A stretch of DNA of 32,000 bases. Source: Pseudoalteromonas tetraodonis (GTDB lineage: Bacteria; Pseudomonadota; Gammaproteobacteria; Enterobacterales; Alteromonadaceae). The position numbers and the translations under genes are program-made. The notes under the pieces were generated by a model. It had not been told where the DNA came from. It saw only the letters and a program-made list of their open reading frames with translations, and made no database searches. Location: positions 630,001 to 662,000 of the forward strand of contig NZ_CP011042.1 in NCBI RefSeq assembly GCF_002310835.1, written 5' to 3'. Positions 30,107-32,000 of the stretch are shown here, piece by piece. Position 1 is the stretch's first letter. Each line of letters starts with the position of its first letter.

Positions 30107-30370
30107 TTATTTCTTTTCTTCGTCAGGTAATGTGACATTGAGCTCGAGTACCGCTAAATCGTCTTCATTTTGATCAAACTGAACTTGAACCGCATCGGCG
30201 CCTACATTAACGTACTTACGAATGACATCAAGAATATCTTGCTTTAATTGTGGCAAGTAATCTGGTGTTCCACGCTGAGAACGCTCGTGCGCGACAATGA
30301 TCTGCAATCGCTCTTTTGCTAATGACGCACTGTTTTTCTTTTCTGAGCGGAAGTAGTCAAGTAAAGACAC
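30107..30370 (-). CDS. minE: Cell division topological specificity factor MinE
   Basis: [30 protein letters not shown] matches E. coli Min[32 protein letters not shown] prefer GTG 30370 (GGAGG 5 nt upstream) over the ORF-track TTG at 30382, which overlaps minD. Confidence 0.93.
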   Translation of the reverse strand: MSLLDYFRSEKKNSASLAKERLQIIVAHERSQRGTPDYLPQLKQDILDVIRKYVNVGADAVQVQFDQNEDDLAVLELNVTLPDEEKK

Positions 30371-30371
30371 A

Positions 30372-31181
30372 TTAACCTCCAAATATCCGTTTGAATAAAC
30401 CCTTTTTCTCTACATCTAAAAATCTAAATTCAACCGTTTCGCCTAATAAACGACTGATCGCATCAGCATAAGCTTGACCTGCGTCTGATTCGCTATCAAG
30501 AATTACCGGTTGTCCAGAGTTTGATGCACTAAGCACTGCTTGAGATTCAGGAATGACACCTAGTAAGTCGATGGCTAGGATGTCCTGGATATCTTCAACA
30601 GATAACATTTCACCTTTTGATACACGATCTGGATTATAGCGTGTTATTAGCAAATGCTCTTTAATGTTTTCTAATCCTTCTTCGGCACGTTTCGATTTAC
30701 TGTGTAAAATGCCTAGAATACGATCCGAATCTCGTACTGACGAGACTTCAGGGTTGGTTGTAACTATCGCTTCATCAGCGAAGTACATCGCCATCATAGC
30801 TCCGGCTTCAATACCTGCAGGAGAATCACAAACAATATAGTCAAAGTCTTCTTTTAACTCGTTCAATACGCGTTCAACACCATCACGGGTGAGTGCGTCT
30901 TTATCGCGAGTTTGTGAAGCAGGAAGTAAAAATAACTTTTCTACACGTTTGTCTTTTATGAGTGCTTGATTAAGGTTAGCTTCGCCATTGATCACATTAA
31001 CAAAGTCATACACTACGCGACGTTCACAACCCATGATGAGGTCTAAATTACGTAAGCCGATATCAAAATCGATGATAACAGTTTTGTAGCCTTTTAATGC
31101 TAAGCCTGTACCAATTGCTGCGCTTGATGTTGTTTTACCAACACCCCCTTTACCCGAGGTAACGACAATTATTTTTGCCAT
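30372..31181 (-). CDS. minD: Septum site-determining ATPase MinD
   Basis: 269 aa. Deviant Walker A motif [10 protein letters not shown] and a C-terminal amphipathic helix ([11 protein letters not shown]). Confidence 0.97.
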   Translation of the reverse strand: MAKIIVVTSGKGGVGKTTSSAAIGTGLALKGYKTVIIDFDIGLRNLDLIMGCERRVVYDFVNVINGEANLNQALIKDKRVEKLFLLPASQTRDKDALTRDGVERVLNELKEDFDYIVCDSPAGIEAGAMMAMYFADEAIVTTNPEVSSVRDSDRILGILHSKSKRAEEGLENIKEHLLITRYNPDRVSKGEMLSVEDIQDILAIDLLGVIPESQAVLSASNSGQPVILDSESDAGQAYADAISRLLGETVEFRFLDVEKKGLFKRIFGG

Positions 31182-31186
31182 GAGAT

Positions 31187-31891
31187 TTATCCTTTAACCA
31201 AAGCTGAAATTTCTAAAGATTCATTTTTTTGTTGTATTTGAACTGCGTTACCCCAGTGTTCACCTTGCAGTGAGTCACTGATCCAGTAATTACCATTGAT
31301 TGAAACGAGTTCTGCTTCTAATTTATTACAAAATATGTATGCGTTTTCGAGCCCTTTTGCGCCGGCAATTGCACGCCCTCGTAGGGTTCCGTAAATATGT
31401 ACATTGCCATCGGCAATCACTTCTGCGCCATGGCTTACCGCGCCTAACACCACCAAGTCGCGGTCTTTGGCGTAAACTTGTTGGCCTGAGCGCACCGCAC
31501 CATTAATAATTTGCGCTGGTAAATACACGGTTTTTTCTACAACCGAAGTATTTGACTCTACTCTTGCGGGTTCACTCTTAACGTCTTGTGAATAGTTTAA
31601 AACAGATAACCCTGCGGCTTTTGCCTGTTTATGCTGTTCATCCGAACCATTACATACACCTACAGCATTAAAGCTCATGCGTTCAATAAGCGATTTTAAG
31701 TGAACAAAGTCGATTGCGCTGTTTTTTACTTCAATTAAATTGACGACAATGGGGGCACCCTCAAAGAACTTTGGGGCTTGGGCAATTTTTACATACAGTT
31801 GTTCTGCTAAAAGGTTAATATCAGTACTATAAAGATGTAAAACTGATAACGTAAAAAGGTTGCCTTTTAGCTCAAAAATTTGGTCCGACAT
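31187..31891 (-). CDS. minC: Septum site-determining protein MinC
   Basis: 234 aa. The C-terminal beta-helix region (GAEVIADGNVHIYGTLRGRAIAGAKG) is typical of MinC. It lies immediately upstream of minD-minE. Confidence 0.93.
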   Translation of the reverse strand: MSDQIFELKGNLFTLSVLHLYSTDINLLAEQLYVKIAQAPKFFEGAPIVVNLIEVKNSAIDFVHLKSLIERMSFNAVGVCNGSDEQHKQAKAAGLSVLNYSQDVKSEPARVESNTSVVEKTVYLPAQIINGAVRSGQQVYAKDRDLVVLGAVSHGAEVIADGNVHIYGTLRGRAIAGAKGLENAYIFCNKLEAELVSINGNYWISDSLQGEHWGNAVQIQQKNESLEISALVKG

Positions 31892-32000
31892 AGATGCTCA
31901 ACTGGATTGTCTAGTTAGCATGTAACTTTATATAAACCTAGGCTGAACAAGGCTTTTATTACAGTTTCCACACTAATTTTTATAACTTATTATTATTGCC

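Overview
The window looks like chromosomal DNA from a marine gammaproteobacterium. Gene content and synteny suggest Alteromonadales or Pseudoalteromonas, and GC is roughly 40% by eye; neither can be verified without a database. Most of it is housekeeping. On the minus strand there is a complete histidine biosynthesis operon: a leader peptide and attenuator I found by hand, then hisG-D-C-B-H-A, then hisF-hisIE further on. The plus strand carries a secreted vibriolysin-like M4 protease and an M28 aminopeptidase in tandem, yoaA-tsaB, an alpha/beta hydrolase and fadD-rnd. A PhoA-type alkaline phosphatase and minCDE are on the minus strand. The main anomaly is that the his operon is interrupted between hisA and hisF by 8843 bp carrying five unrelated genes: a cytochrome b561, a catalase-related haem protein, an MFP-RND efflux pair and a membrane GGDEF cyclase. 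A strong bidirectional terminator follows hisA, so hisF-hisIE appear cut off from the His attenuator. The second candidate is a ~300 bp element at the left edge, bounded by inverted repeats and heavily self-complementary, of unknown nature. I saw no CRISPR array, tRNA or rRNA, transposase, integrase, prophage gene or recognisable defence system. I cannot point to a convincingly novel multi-gene system, and the findings below are scored accordingly.
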